DNA of 64,000 nt from NCBI RefSeq assembly GCF_018350175.1, contig NC_058368.1:51709815-51773814 (forward strand), read 5' to 3'. The position numbers and the translations under genes are program-made. This DNA comes from Felis catus (lineage: Eukaryota). Positions 52,887 through 63,641 of the stretch are shown here, piece after piece. The first letter of the stretch is position 1. Each line of letters begins with the position of its first letter. Below the pieces are notes generated by a model. That model was not told the origin of the DNA. It did not search any database and was given only the letters and a program-made list of their open reading frames with translations.

Positions 52887-53731
52887 GTAAGATTTGAAAA
52901 CATCCAATTTTTGTTCTATTACTGAGTTGCATATTGTGACTTCTTATGTCTCTTTAGTATTTGAGCACAAGGACCCACATATGGGGCTAATTAAAAGTGG
53001 CCTACAAATCTTGAATAAAAAGCTTGCAGGCGTCACTACCAATGAAAGGCTATTTCAATCTAAAGAGACTAATATTAAGGTGTCTTTGATTTTCATACTC
53101 TGTTTAGTGAGGCAGTTATATAAAACCACAGTTCTCTTCCTGAAATATTAGTATGCAGGCAGCGTTTAGTTTGGTCACTCAGTGCTTTCAGTTTTATGCT
53201 TTACAAAAGCCACTTATTATCTTAGTTAACTTTATCTCCTTAATTTTAAATCATTTATAATTGCTCACTTTAGAAATTATAATAATTGAGGTTTGTGTTG
53301 GAAGTGAGTGCAGTTTTTGCTATCTCTCTGTTCCTTTGCCCACCAACATACTAAATGGGTAGGAATCAGAGAAAAAGAGAAACTAGGCAAATGTCAAAGG
53401 AGCTCATTGATCAGAGAGATGTGGTTTTCATACCCTGTTCTGACAATATGATCTTATGATTGACTATCAACAACTCATTTAAGTTTTTTTTTCATTTACA
53501 AAGAGAGAGGGTATTAGATCAAGGATCACAGACTCCATGGGCTCCCAGGGCAGAAGGGACCTGACTGTATGAAACATAGGGCAATGCCCTGTCCAAAGAC
53601 TCCAGCTGTTTCTCAGCTGCTGACAGGCCCAGTGTTGCAGACCATTCTCAGGATATCTTGAAAATCCAGGTTTCAATGTGTCATGGCCATCTTTGTAAAC
53701 ACTGGCTCACATTAAAAACAAAACGCTCTGC

Positions 53732-53951
53732 GGGGCGCCTGGGTGGCGCAGTCGGTTGGGCGTCTGACTTCAACCAGGTCACGATCTCGCGGTCCGTGAG
53801 TTCGAGCCCTGCGTCAGGCTCTGGGCTAATGGCTCAGAGCCTGGAGCCTGTTTCCGATTCTGTGTCTCCCTCTCTCTCTGCCCCTCCCCCGTTCATGCTC
53901 TGTCTCTCTCTGTCCCAAAAATAAATAAATGTTGAAAAAAAAATTAAAAAA
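53732..53951 (+). mobile_element. Young felid SINE (SINEC_Fc-like)
   Basis: Diagnostic head; TSD aaaacgctct. Confidence 0.95.
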
Positions 53952-53962
53952 AAAACGCTCTT

Positions 53963-54151
53963 GGGGTGCCTGGGTGGCTCAGTTGGTTGAGCTTCCGACT
54001 TCGGCTCAGGTCATGATCTCGCTGTGCTGACAGCTCAGAGCCTGGAGCCTGCTTCGGATTCTGTGTCTTCCTCTCTCTCTTCCCCTCCCCCACTCACACT
54101 CTGTCTCTCTCTCCTTCAAAAATCAATAAACATTAAAAAAAAATTTTTTTT
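53963..54151 (+). mobile_element. Can-SINE (Fc2-like) with internal deletion
   Basis: Head jumps from gatctcg directly to ctgtgctgacagc, removing the B-box segment. Confidence 0.92.
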
Positions 54152-54444
54152 AAACAAAATGCTCTGAATCCAAACAACATGTCATGGATCTACTATGTGT
54201 GGATCCCCAGTTTGTATCTTCTATCTTATTTTTCCCTAAGGTCCACTGCAATTTAAATTTTGAGTCTTTGAAAATACCTATTTGGAACAAACCAGTTTCA
54301 AGAATTGTGACTCATCGTTTGCAACCAGCTACTATTTCCTGTCTATAACTGACCTCTATATAGAAATATAAACTGGTCTATATTTCTTTAGAGTTAAGTA
54401 TGTATTATTACCACTGACAAGGTTTTTTATTAATACATTTAAAG

Positions 54445-54504
54445 AAATCAAGGTCTTGACGGTCTCTTCAGAGCAAATCCTAAGGCAGATCAAACAGAGA
54501 AAAG
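54445..54504 (+). CDS. SCEL: Sciellin repeat exon, NQGLDGLFRANPKADQTEK(R)
   Basis: ttaaag acceptor, gtaagt donor, 60 nt, phase 2-2. Confidence 0.93.
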
Positions 54505-54806
54505 GTAAGTGCAGCTGTCCCTAACCTGAAAATATGGTCTCCCAGATTCCTTGCTGTGTTCTTTCAGACATTAGCTGGAAGGGAGTTGTATCCTCTGGCA
54601 TGGAAATGTACTAGCAGATGGGGTAGTGCTCTCTGTATTGTACATTAAGCTCAGACATAATTGCCCAGAAGGATTTCTGCTCTTCCATTCAATAAGAGTA
54701 AATGAGCAATTCGTGAAGAATGTTTATGGTATCCGACCTTTTAAGATACCACAAAATTTTATTTCAATATGTAGTCTTTTTTACTGGAGTTTCTTTGTGT
54801 TTACAG

Positions 54807-54866
54807 AGCCAAGAGCCTTGAAAATCTCATTTTTATGAGTACCCGAACAGACAAAGATGACAAAGG
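54807..54866 (+). CDS. SCEL: Sciellin repeat exon, AKSLENLIFMSTRTDKDDK(G)
   Basis: ttacag acceptor, gtaaga donor, 60 nt, phase 2-2. Confidence 0.94.
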
Positions 54867-55505
54867 GTAAGATTTGACTGAGACTCTTACAGGCCTCTTT
54901 GATTGAGTCCTAGACTATATACCATCCTGGGTTCAGCCTCTGGCTCAAGACAAGGCAGGCTGGTGGAACAGGCCCTCCCTGGATGGGGGTGAGGAGATGG
55001 GTGGATATCTTGGTGGTGGCTCTGCCACCAACATCCGTCTGGATGACCCTGGGCAAGTCACTTAACCTCTGGAACCACTGTGTCCTCCTCCCAAGATGAA
55101 GGGCATGACCTAGATGATCTCCAAGTTCCCTTTTGTATCTAAAAATGAAAAAAAAAACTCTAGCTGGCTGTTACAACTAGTGGACTGGCTTATGAAATAA
55201 ACATATTTACTATAAGATGTTTTGATGCTGGGAGCACAGCCTCTCATCACTGAAGTCTTTATGATGTTCTAAGGCACTTTTCAGTTGGAATCTTGGTTGA
55301 GTCACTTCATATGTATATCATGGATATATTTATAAATATCTCAAGATCAAGAGTCCTGCTTTTACTTATTTTATATTATAAAAAGGGTTAGGGAATGATT
55401 AGTAACTGCACTGATAGCATTTAAGAGGTAAATTTATAGTTCTACACTGATACTGATGTACTAGAAAATTGACTTACATTATGATACTATTTTTTATGTG
55501 AAAAG

Positions 55506-55565
55506 AAACCGAACCCTTGACAGTTTTATTAAAGAAAATCCCGCAAGAGTCAAGAATGATGAAAG
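55506..55565 (+). CDS. SCEL: Sciellin repeat-type exon, NRTLDSFIKENPARVKNDE(R); not in my recalled human protein
   Basis: gaaaag acceptor, gtaaga donor, exactly 60 nt, phase 2-2, open frame, fits the LDxxIKxNP repeat consensus. Confidence 0.75.
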
Positions 55566-56512
55566 GTAAGAATTTATGAGATCTTTACTGTCTTTCCCCC
55601 AGACTGGATGTTTACCTTGAACATGGTTAGTTCTTAGATTTACCTTCCTAACATGATAATTATTTCTATTGTCTCGATTATCTGTTAAAGCCATCTCTCT
55701 GTGCCAGTCTGTGCACAGAATGGTATTCTAGCTTTCCAAGTCAATCTTGGCAAATACATGCTGAGGCCTCTCTGATGTAGAACACTTGAAGTCTGTATGA
55801 TGAAAAGGGTTGGCAGTAAGAACTTCACAGATACAGAATCCTTATTAGCAATCTATTATTATAATGTAAATGTACAAGTATTATTACGGGTATTTTTTTT
55901 TCACATGAAGAACAGATGAAATGGGAAAACAGTCAATTCTCTGCGAATGGTTATATGAGCTGTATAGGAAAAGATGTGATTTCCGATATTTAAAAAAATG
56001 AAATTGGGAAGGGTCCACGAAAGTGGTGGAAAATAAGAAAATTAGGATGAGCATCTCAAGTAAATCATTTCCGGGCTGGTAAAGAGAAGAAAAGAGATGT
56101 GATTTATAATGTGGGATAACTGATAGGAACTGGCTTTTTGATGCAGGAATGACTGAGCTCACTGACCTGGAGAATCCATCCTTCCTTATTTTTCCTTCTT
56201 CCCGCCCTTCCTCCCTGCCTTCTTTCTTACACTGAAAGAAACTAAAATGCCAATAGTCTTATCACGGTGAAATCAGAGACAGATGAAAATAGCAAAGGAA
56301 AACACCTGGACAATTGGGGGGATTTAGAGGGATTAACTTTGATATCCCCTAATAGCTTTAAGCGATTTGCATGGAAAAGGTTTATTATTGTTTGTAGTCA
56401 ATTTATATGAAGCACTGGAGACATCATAGAGTTATTTCTACTTTTCCAAGGGTACTTGAGACCTGGGCACTTTTTACTAAAAATGACATGTCTAAATCTT
56501 CAAAGGGTTTAG

Positions 56513-56514
56513 AT

Positions 56515-56549
<35 letters not shown>

Positions 56550-56770
56550 TTTCTCTTTTTTGTTTCTTAATTTTTTTTAGTGTTTATTTTCGAGAGAGAG
56601 AGAGAGAGAGTGCAGGGAGGGGCAGATAGAGAGGGAAACAGAATCTGAAGCAGGCTCCAAGCTCTGAGTTGTCAGCACAGAGCCCAATGCAGGGCTTGAA
56701 CCCATAAACTGTGAGATCACGACCTGAGCAGAAGCCGGATGCTTAACAGACTGAGCCACCCAGGGCGCCC
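56513..56770 (-). mobile_element. Can-SINE with (TTTA)n tail
   Basis: Reverse SINE; TSD aaagggtttagattta. Confidence 0.93.
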
Positions 56771-56954
56771 AAAGGGTTTAGATTTAAAATGTTGACTGTC
56801 TCATTTCCACCCCTGATCTGAATGATTTTCATGTTTAGAGAAAGCAATATATCAACAAATATATTAAAGTTAGCTTCCCACCAGTCCTCCCTCAAAGGAA
56901 AAAGAAAGCACAAACTGAGACCTGAAGGGAACTTTTGCTTTTAAAATGATTTAA

Positions 56955-56972
56955 TGGTAAAGAAAATGTAGT

Positions 56973-57018
<46 letters not shown>

Positions 57019-57530
57019 GAATATTACTTAGCCATAAAAACAAATGAGATCTTGCCATTTGAGACAACGTGGATGGACCTAGAGGGAGTTATGCTAAGTA
57101 AAATAAGTCAGACAGAGAAAGATAAATACCATATTATTTTACTTATATGTGAAACCTAAAAAACAAAGAAAAAGCAGAAATAGGCACATAAATACAGAGA
57201 ATACATAAATACATAAATACTTGAACTGATGGTTGCCAGAGGGGAGCGTAGTGGGGGGATGGGAAAAATAGGTGAAGGAGAGTGGGAGATACAGGCTTTC
57301 AGTTATGGAATGAGTAAGTCATGAGGATAAAAGGTATGGTGTAGGGAATATGGTCAATGGTATTGTAATAGCATATTGTATAGTGACGGATGGTAGCTGC
57401 ACTTGTGAGCATTGTATCATGTATAGAGTTGTCAAATCACTATGTTGTACACCTGCAACTATTGTAAACATTGTGTGTCAACTCTATTTCAATTAAAAAC
57501 ATTTAGTTTACTTTAAAAATAAAAAATAAA
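56955..57530 (+). mobile_element. L1 3' end fragment containing a (CA)n microsatellite (~56975-57015)
   Basis: tggaatattacttagccataaaaa...ggatggacctagaggg...ctatgttgtacacctg motifs and A-rich tail. Confidence 0.88.
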
Positions 57531-58131
57531 GAGCTTGCAGTCACTTGGCTTCAACCCACAGGTCAGGCTCTTTGACCATTAGGTCTTTTGAGAATATGAA
57601 GAATAAAATATTAGAGTAAAAAAAAAGACCTGCAGATAGCATAGTCTAATTCCTTTACTTATAGTGAGGGAACTTGGTGCAGAAAAGTGAAATAACAGGG
57701 TTGCAATCTTGTTAAAATCAGAACTAGACTTTGAATCCAGATCTCTTCCTTATACTGAAACTGGGCGCTAGGGCTATGATATATAGTAATAAAAGTAATC
57801 TGAAAATTGTAACATTGCATAAATGATCAACACAACAACTCAGTTCTAAATGGCAGGAATGTTTATTGTTTTATTAAAAATTATTCCCCGTTAGAATGAT
57901 TTAATCATAACAGTAATGACTGGGACCTTACTATTGGAAAAGTTACCATATCTCTTCAGCATTTTGCATGAGAAGAGCCACTTGCATTAAACAGTTCTAA
58001 AAACTTCTGAGGCTTTAGGTACTGATAACATCTTATTCCTATTGTGAGAAATCTTCTGTTGCCACAAGAGACTGAATTCCTCTCTCTCCTCTCTCTTGCT
58101 CTGCCTTCCTCCCTGCTCCAATGTTATGAAG

Positions 58132-58191
58132 AAACCAAGGCCTTGGAAGTCTTATTAAAGTTAATCAGGGGACTGAAAAAAATGAGAAAGG
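58132..58191 (+). CDS. SCEL: Sciellin repeat exon, NQGLGSLIKVNQGTEKNEK(G)
   Basis: atgaag acceptor, gtaagt donor, 60 nt, phase 2-2. Confidence 0.92.
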
Positions 58192-58704
58192 GTAAGTGCA
58201 GCTCCTACTTTGCTGGGGCTCTCTTTTTTCAAGTTAGCTTTTCATAGGTCATTTGAAGTGGGAGTGTTATGCTTTCCTCTGTCACAGATGAAGTGTTGTA
58301 CTTTAAGCCAATCAGAGAGTAAGCAAAGGAATATGACGAATGCTGTTTCCATAGGACCACATGTTTGAGTTATACTGAACTAAGTACAGGAAATGTGCTA
58401 CATAATCTCTTATTCTATACTTTCTTAAACAAAACATGAGCCAAGTTTTGTATTTAAGAAATATAAAGGACAAAATTGCAAAGTGAGAGGTATGCTAGGA
58501 AGCTTTTCTAAACTGATTTAAACTAAGTGCTGCTGTGGGAGTTAATAAAGATCAGCTAAGGATAATTACATCCAAGTTTTTTAGGTCATTTGGCCTGGAA
58601 ATATCTGATACGCTTTCCGGGACACTCATTTATACAGATATCAGAGAAAATTGAACATAACCTAAGTGACACAAAATTTTCATGTGTTTTTCTTCCCCCC
58701 AGAG

Positions 58705-58764
58705 AAGCCAAGATCTCCAAATGATTATCAAAGTGAATGCCAGGACAGATAAGACTAGGAGAGG
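58705..58764 (+). pseudogene. SCEL: Probably inactivated sciellin repeat exon (pseudo-exon), SQDLQMIIKVNARTDKTRR(G)
   Basis: Open 60-nt repeat unit resembling recalled human RQNLESVAKVNARMNKTSRR, but the donor reads GG|ATGAGA and a competing AG lies 2 nt upstream of the in-frame acceptor. Confidence 0.75.
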
Positions 58765-59136
58765 ATGAGACCTGTTTTGATTTCTGAATCTTGGTTGATT
58801 TCCCCCAAATTTCACTGTGTGATCTTCTCAGTGTCACTGAAGGGGTCACATCTTTGAGTTTTCCCTCTGTCTTCTGTGTCTGATCCCTACCACCCTGATT
58901 TTCACTTTGGAGGGTCTGCAATGGATTCTATCTAAATCTATATTTGGTCAATATAAAATCCCAGAGATTAACTTAACTATATTATTGATAGGGAATTTTC
59001 ATAATAAAATGAATTTAATACTTGTATAATAATTTTCTCCAAAAGTTTTCAATTAATCATCCAATAATATGGAATACTTAGTTATATAGAATACTGTGGG
59101 AATTCTTGGAAACTGATCTAAATGTTTTTTTTAAAG

Positions 59137-59196
59137 AGGTAAAGACCTGGATAATGTTATCAAAGTGAATCCCAAAGGAAGGGAAAATGCCACTGG
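59137..59196 (+). CDS. SCEL: Sciellin repeat exon, GKDLDNVIKVNPKGRENAT(G)
   Basis: ttaaag acceptor, gtaaga donor, 60 nt, phase 2-2. Confidence 0.94.
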
Positions 59197-60154
59197 GTAA
59201 GAATTATTAGTGTCTTTAAGTTTGATTTCTGTAAGTGACAATCTTATGATAAAATGATTTTGCATTTTAGCTTCATAACCATATTTTATTAGCATGGAGT
59301 GAGACAGTAGCAGTGGGCCCCATGACCTTCCCTTCTTGTTCCTAATAAAATTACTTAATTTTTGAAGAACCGTCCTAATTTTTGATACTAAGTTGCCCTT
59401 TATCCCAGATTTTAGGGCTTTGATTTAGTTTATGGATGCATTACTGAATTGTTTCTTTGTATCCAAAGGAAGCATGGTCTTAACAACGTTTTCAAGGTAG
59501 ATCTCCAAAATAGCAAAGCCAAAGTGGAGGCTTGACTAAAACCCTTGTAAATCAACTTCTCTAAGGATGATATGGTCTCTGAAGGCAACCCAGGGGAGGG
59601 ACTGGCAGGTGTATCCACTGGAAATTCCACCACGGTTTCCCCTCTTCAGGGCTCTGTCAACATGGCAGCAGCACTGAGTCCCATCACCTCTGCCATCCTC
59701 TGCCATCCCTGTGCACTGTCATCCTTTTGCGTTCAAGTCATCCCCTTTTGATATCGTTCAATGTCAATGCTCTTCCATGAGGGTCACATGTGTACCCCTG
59801 AGAAATGATTCATTCATTTTCCTACCATGTGACGTATTGTTTTTTTTTTTTTTTTGCTCTTTGTAACTCATCATAACCTAATTATATCTTAAATGGCTTT
59901 CATTGGGGAAATGGTTCAGTTTATAGGAAGACATATATTCTTCTCCTTATAACTTTTAAAATATTATTATTGATATTGTTCTCATTATTTAAAACCAGAA
60001 TAAGCAATTATATCTGATTTGTTGAGTAGAAATCTATATCCTGTCTTGATCCAGTCTAGGACTTTATCTGACTTATATGACTTCTCCAATCATTGTTCAC
60101 TTGACTAGTGTTTTACTTAATAACATGCATTAAAATTCATTTCTTTGTTCAAAG

Positions 60155-60214
60155 AAAACAAGACTTCAATGGATTTATTAAAGCAAATCCTGAAACAAAT
60201 AAAAATATCAAGAG
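60155..60214 (+). CDS. SCEL: Sciellin repeat exon, KQDFNGFIKANPETNKNIK(R)
   Basis: tcaaag acceptor, gtaaga donor, 60 nt, phase 2-2. Confidence 0.92.
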
Positions 60215-60467
60215 GTAAGACATGTAAAACTTCCTCCCCTTCCTTTGGCATTTATAAGCACATCGGAATCCTGACTGCTTGTCAGGAGACTGCATTGAAA
60301 TTCAAACCAAGCTCTCTTTTTCCCCAAACAAATCATATTAAGCAGTTTTATACAAGTGATAGTCAGAAGTGATCTTTTGCATTTAATTTATGGGTAAAGT
60401 TTACTATCTGGCAGATTTTGCAAAATTAAATGGGAATTTGACTTTATTGAGTTAAATGATTCCTTTC

Positions 60468-60600
60468 TGTGTGTGTATGTGTGTATGTTTAAGTGTGTAT
60501 GTGTGTGTATGTGTAAGTACTGCATGTGTGTGTATAAATGTATTTGTGTGTATATAAGTAGTGTGTATGTATAAGTGTGTGGGTATAAGAGTATTTATGT
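60468..60600. repeat. Degenerate TG/TA-rich simple repeat
   Basis: Seen directly; similar sequence resumes at ~61045-61190 on the other side of the LTR. Confidence 0.85.
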
Positions 60601-61042
60601 GTACTCAAGGGGGTTCTCCAGAGAAACAGAAACAATAGGATAAGGAATTGGCTCATGCTCTTATGGAAGCTGAAAAGTCCCAAGCTCTGTAGTTGGCAAT
60701 CTGGATACCTAGAAGAGCCAGTGATTTATAGTTCCAGTCCAAACCCAAATGCCTAAGAATCAGGAGAGCTGATGGTTTAGCTTCCAATGCCAAGAGATGT
60801 CTTAGGTCAGTCAGGCAGGCAGAAAAACTCCATTCTAACTCAGTCTTTCTGTTCCATTCTAATCCTCAACTGATTGGGTCATGGCCCTTATGTTAGGGAG
60901 GACCATTTGCTTTACTCAGTCTACAGATTCAAATGTTTATCTCATCCCCGAACACCCTCACAGACATACCCAGAATAACATTTGACCCAATGTGTAGGCT
61001 TTCTGTGGCCCAGCCAACTTAACATATGAAATTAACCATCAA
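60600..61042. mobile_element. MLT2-type (ERVL) solo LTR
   Basis: gggttctccagagaaacagaa...aggaattggctcatg...ctcagtctacagattcaaatgt...aaattaaccatca. Confidence 0.85.
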
Positions 61043-61229
61043 AATGTGTGTGTGTATATAGTATAACTACATGTAAATATATGTATGTGGTATGTGTGGA
61101 TATAGGTAGATGCGTTTATGTGCAAACAATGTGTGCACATATATAGTGTTTTTGTGTGTAGCATGTATATATCTATGTAGTGTAGTGTATAAAAATGAAG
61201 AGCTTAACAAAGTGTACTTTGTTCTCCTA

Positions 61230-61375
61230 AGGCTGTCTGGGTTATTTCAGCTCAGGTCATGATCTCACAGTTCCATGAGTTTGAGCTCTGAGTCGGGCTC
61301 TGTCTCCTTCTCTCTCTCTGTCCCTCCCCCTCTCACACACTCTCTCTAAATATAAATAAATAAACTTAAAAAAGA
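61230..61375 (+). mobile_element. Deleted Can-SINE fragment
   Basis: gctcaggtcatgatctcac, CT tract, A tail. Confidence 0.8.
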
Positions 61376-62084
61376 GTTCTCCTACCCATTAACTTTCAAG
61401 TAAATCCTGAAAGCTTATATTCTCCTGCTTTTTATTTTTTAAAAAGCAGATGGAATATATTTGAAACTGAGCTTGTTGGTACGTTGCTGAAACCAGTGCA
61501 CCAAATAATTCCATGTGGTTTCCTTTGAACTTCTTTCCATTCAGTTAACTCAGTACATGATATTATTAGTTGATTCGAAAATGTGTCACTGATGTCCGCA
61601 GGCCCAGTTAGCAGTGCAAGGACTCAGCTAGTTGAAAAGCTGGTGTGCTATTCTCAGCAACATGACATGGTCCAGCAACGCAGGGAGTTTGAGACTTGTA
61701 TTTGCACCCAGTAGACTGAGAAGAAAGCATTGATTTCTATGGCTACATGGGGGTTCAGGGAGGTAACTCAAGGTAGTGAATGTGAGCAGGGAATCCTAAA
61801 GACCTGGGTTCAAATTCTGGCTTGGTCATTTGCTAGTTCTCATGCTTCAGTTTACTCATCCACAAAATAGGGATCATAACATTATCCTGCCTGGCCCATA
61901 GTAGCTGCAAGAAATTGTGAGCAATGATAAAGATTCAGGTGAATTATGTTTTCTTAATGATTCAGATACTGTTCAAATATTTAATTTACTTTGATTTTCC
62001 AAGAAAAATCCATGACTTCCATGCTAATTTTTATTTAAAAGAGTATTTCAAATAGTCACCTCTTGTTTTTCATATGTTGATGTG

Positions 62085-62385
62085 CGACTATGTGCATGCC
62101 TACATGTGTCTACAGGCAAATAAATGTTTTATGTGTGTGTGTTTGCATGAATGTGCATATATGTACAGTTGCACCTTTGTATGTACACCAGTCCACATGC
62201 ATATGAGTATGTGCATGTTTTTGCAAACGCACCTGTGTGTGATTGCATAACAATGCACGCATGCTGTGTATACGTGGATACGTGTATATCTATGCTTTTG
62301 TATGTATATGAGTACATATGTACATGGATGTGTATGTGTGTGCACCCATGTCCAATGCTTGGGAGTATGCACAGTGTGTGTTTGT
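62085..62385. repeat. Degenerate alternating purine-pyrimidine (TG/TA/CA) tract
   Basis: About 300 nt, seen directly; source of the spurious C/V/M/H/T-rich ORFs. Confidence 0.85.
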
Positions 62386-62469
62386 GCTTGCTGAGAGCTT
62401 TTAGGGACAGTAGTTGTCTTTTTCTTTTACTACGCATAATTAAGTTCTGTAGATCTTTTATTTTTTTAA

Positions 62470-62686
62470 CGTAAAAAAATCTTTTAATGTTTATTTATTT
62501 TTGAGAGACAGAGACAGAGTATGAGTGGGGGAGGGGCAGAGAGAGAGGGAGACACAGAATCTGAAACAGGCTCCAGGCTCTGAGCTGTCAGCACAAAGCC
62601 TGATGCAGGGCTCAAACTCACGAACCGTGAGATCATGACCTGAACTGAAGTCGGACGCTCAACTGACTGAGCCACCAAGGTGCCCC
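62470..62686 (-). mobile_element. Can-SINE (Fc2-like)
   Basis: Reverse SINE, first of a tandem pair. Confidence 0.93.
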
Positions 62687-62689
62687 TAA

Positions 62690-62713
62690 CTTTTTTTTTG
62701 TTTATTTGTTTTT

Positions 62714-62746
<33 letters not shown>

Positions 62747-62915
62747 TGCTCAAGCAGGGGAGGGACAGAGAGAGAGGGAGACAGAGAATCCCAAGGCAGG
62801 CTCCAGGCTCTGAGCTGTCAGCACAGAGCCAGACATGGGGTTCGAACTCATGAACCACGAGATCATGACCTGAGCCGAAGTTGGACACTTAACTGACTGA
62901 ACCACCCAGGCACCA
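62690..62915 (-). mobile_element. Can-SINE
   Basis: Reverse SINE, second of a tandem pair. Confidence 0.92.
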
Positions 62916-63581
62916 CTGTATATCTGTTAAAAGTAAAGCCAAATCCTGCTCCCTCTCTTATTTAAAAAAGTACAATATTTGTCCATTTCAGGTAGAATAC
63001 AATTCTAACCCTTAGCAATTGTCTTTCACTTGTTCAGTAAAGTCCAGCCAAACTGATCTTTTTTGTATTCCTGGCTCATTCCTGATTTAAGACTTCTGCA
63101 TATGCTATTCCCATTTTGGGACTGCTCTACCCTCATATTGTCACTTTCTCAAAGAAGTCATTTCTGACCACCAAATGTAATTGTCACCACCCCCTCCTCC
63201 AACCCCAGTTGTGTTCTGTGCCAGAACACAGGCACCAGGCACTCTCTAATTTTCTTCAGAGCATGTATTGTTATTTAGAATTGTGACATTCATTTATATG
63301 TTTGATTGTATATTGCCTGCCTCTTCCTGAGTTAGAATGGAAGCTTCATGAGGGCTAAGCCTATGTCTGTATTATTCACAGGTGTCCATAACTATTTGTG
63401 GATTGAAGGAATGAATAAATACTGAGGATGCGTACACTATGGGGCATTGATTCACATAGTTTAACTCAAAATATTATTTTAAATTACTGCATTAATTAGA
63501 ACACTCTTCTTTATTGATTTTATTTACTTTGAGATTTAAATAAACCCTCATTGATATATGTTTTATTTAATATGGTTAAAG

Positions 63582-63641
63582 AGATCAAGTTCTTGGCAAT
63601 ATAATCAAAGCTAACTCCAAAATCAACACAAGTATTACAAG
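63582..63641 (+). pseudogene. SCEL: Decayed sciellin repeat exon, DQVLGNIIKANSKINTSIT(R)
   Basis: ttaaag acceptor, open 60-nt unit matching xQxLxNIIKxN and ending in AG, but followed by GGAGCG with no GT. Confidence 0.6.

Noticed and set aside
8873..60214. SCEL as a complete pseudogene
   Set aside because: All other exons keep open frames and AG/GT sites over 50 kb, and an in-frame ATG exists at 9609. The lesions are confined to bypassable exons.
565..62888. ORF-track proteins such as MRGAWVAQSVKR..., F/L/S-rich ORFs and HTHT/CVCV ORFs
   Set aside because: They are translations of Can-SINEs, L1/L2 relics, microsatellites or low-complexity DNA, not genes.
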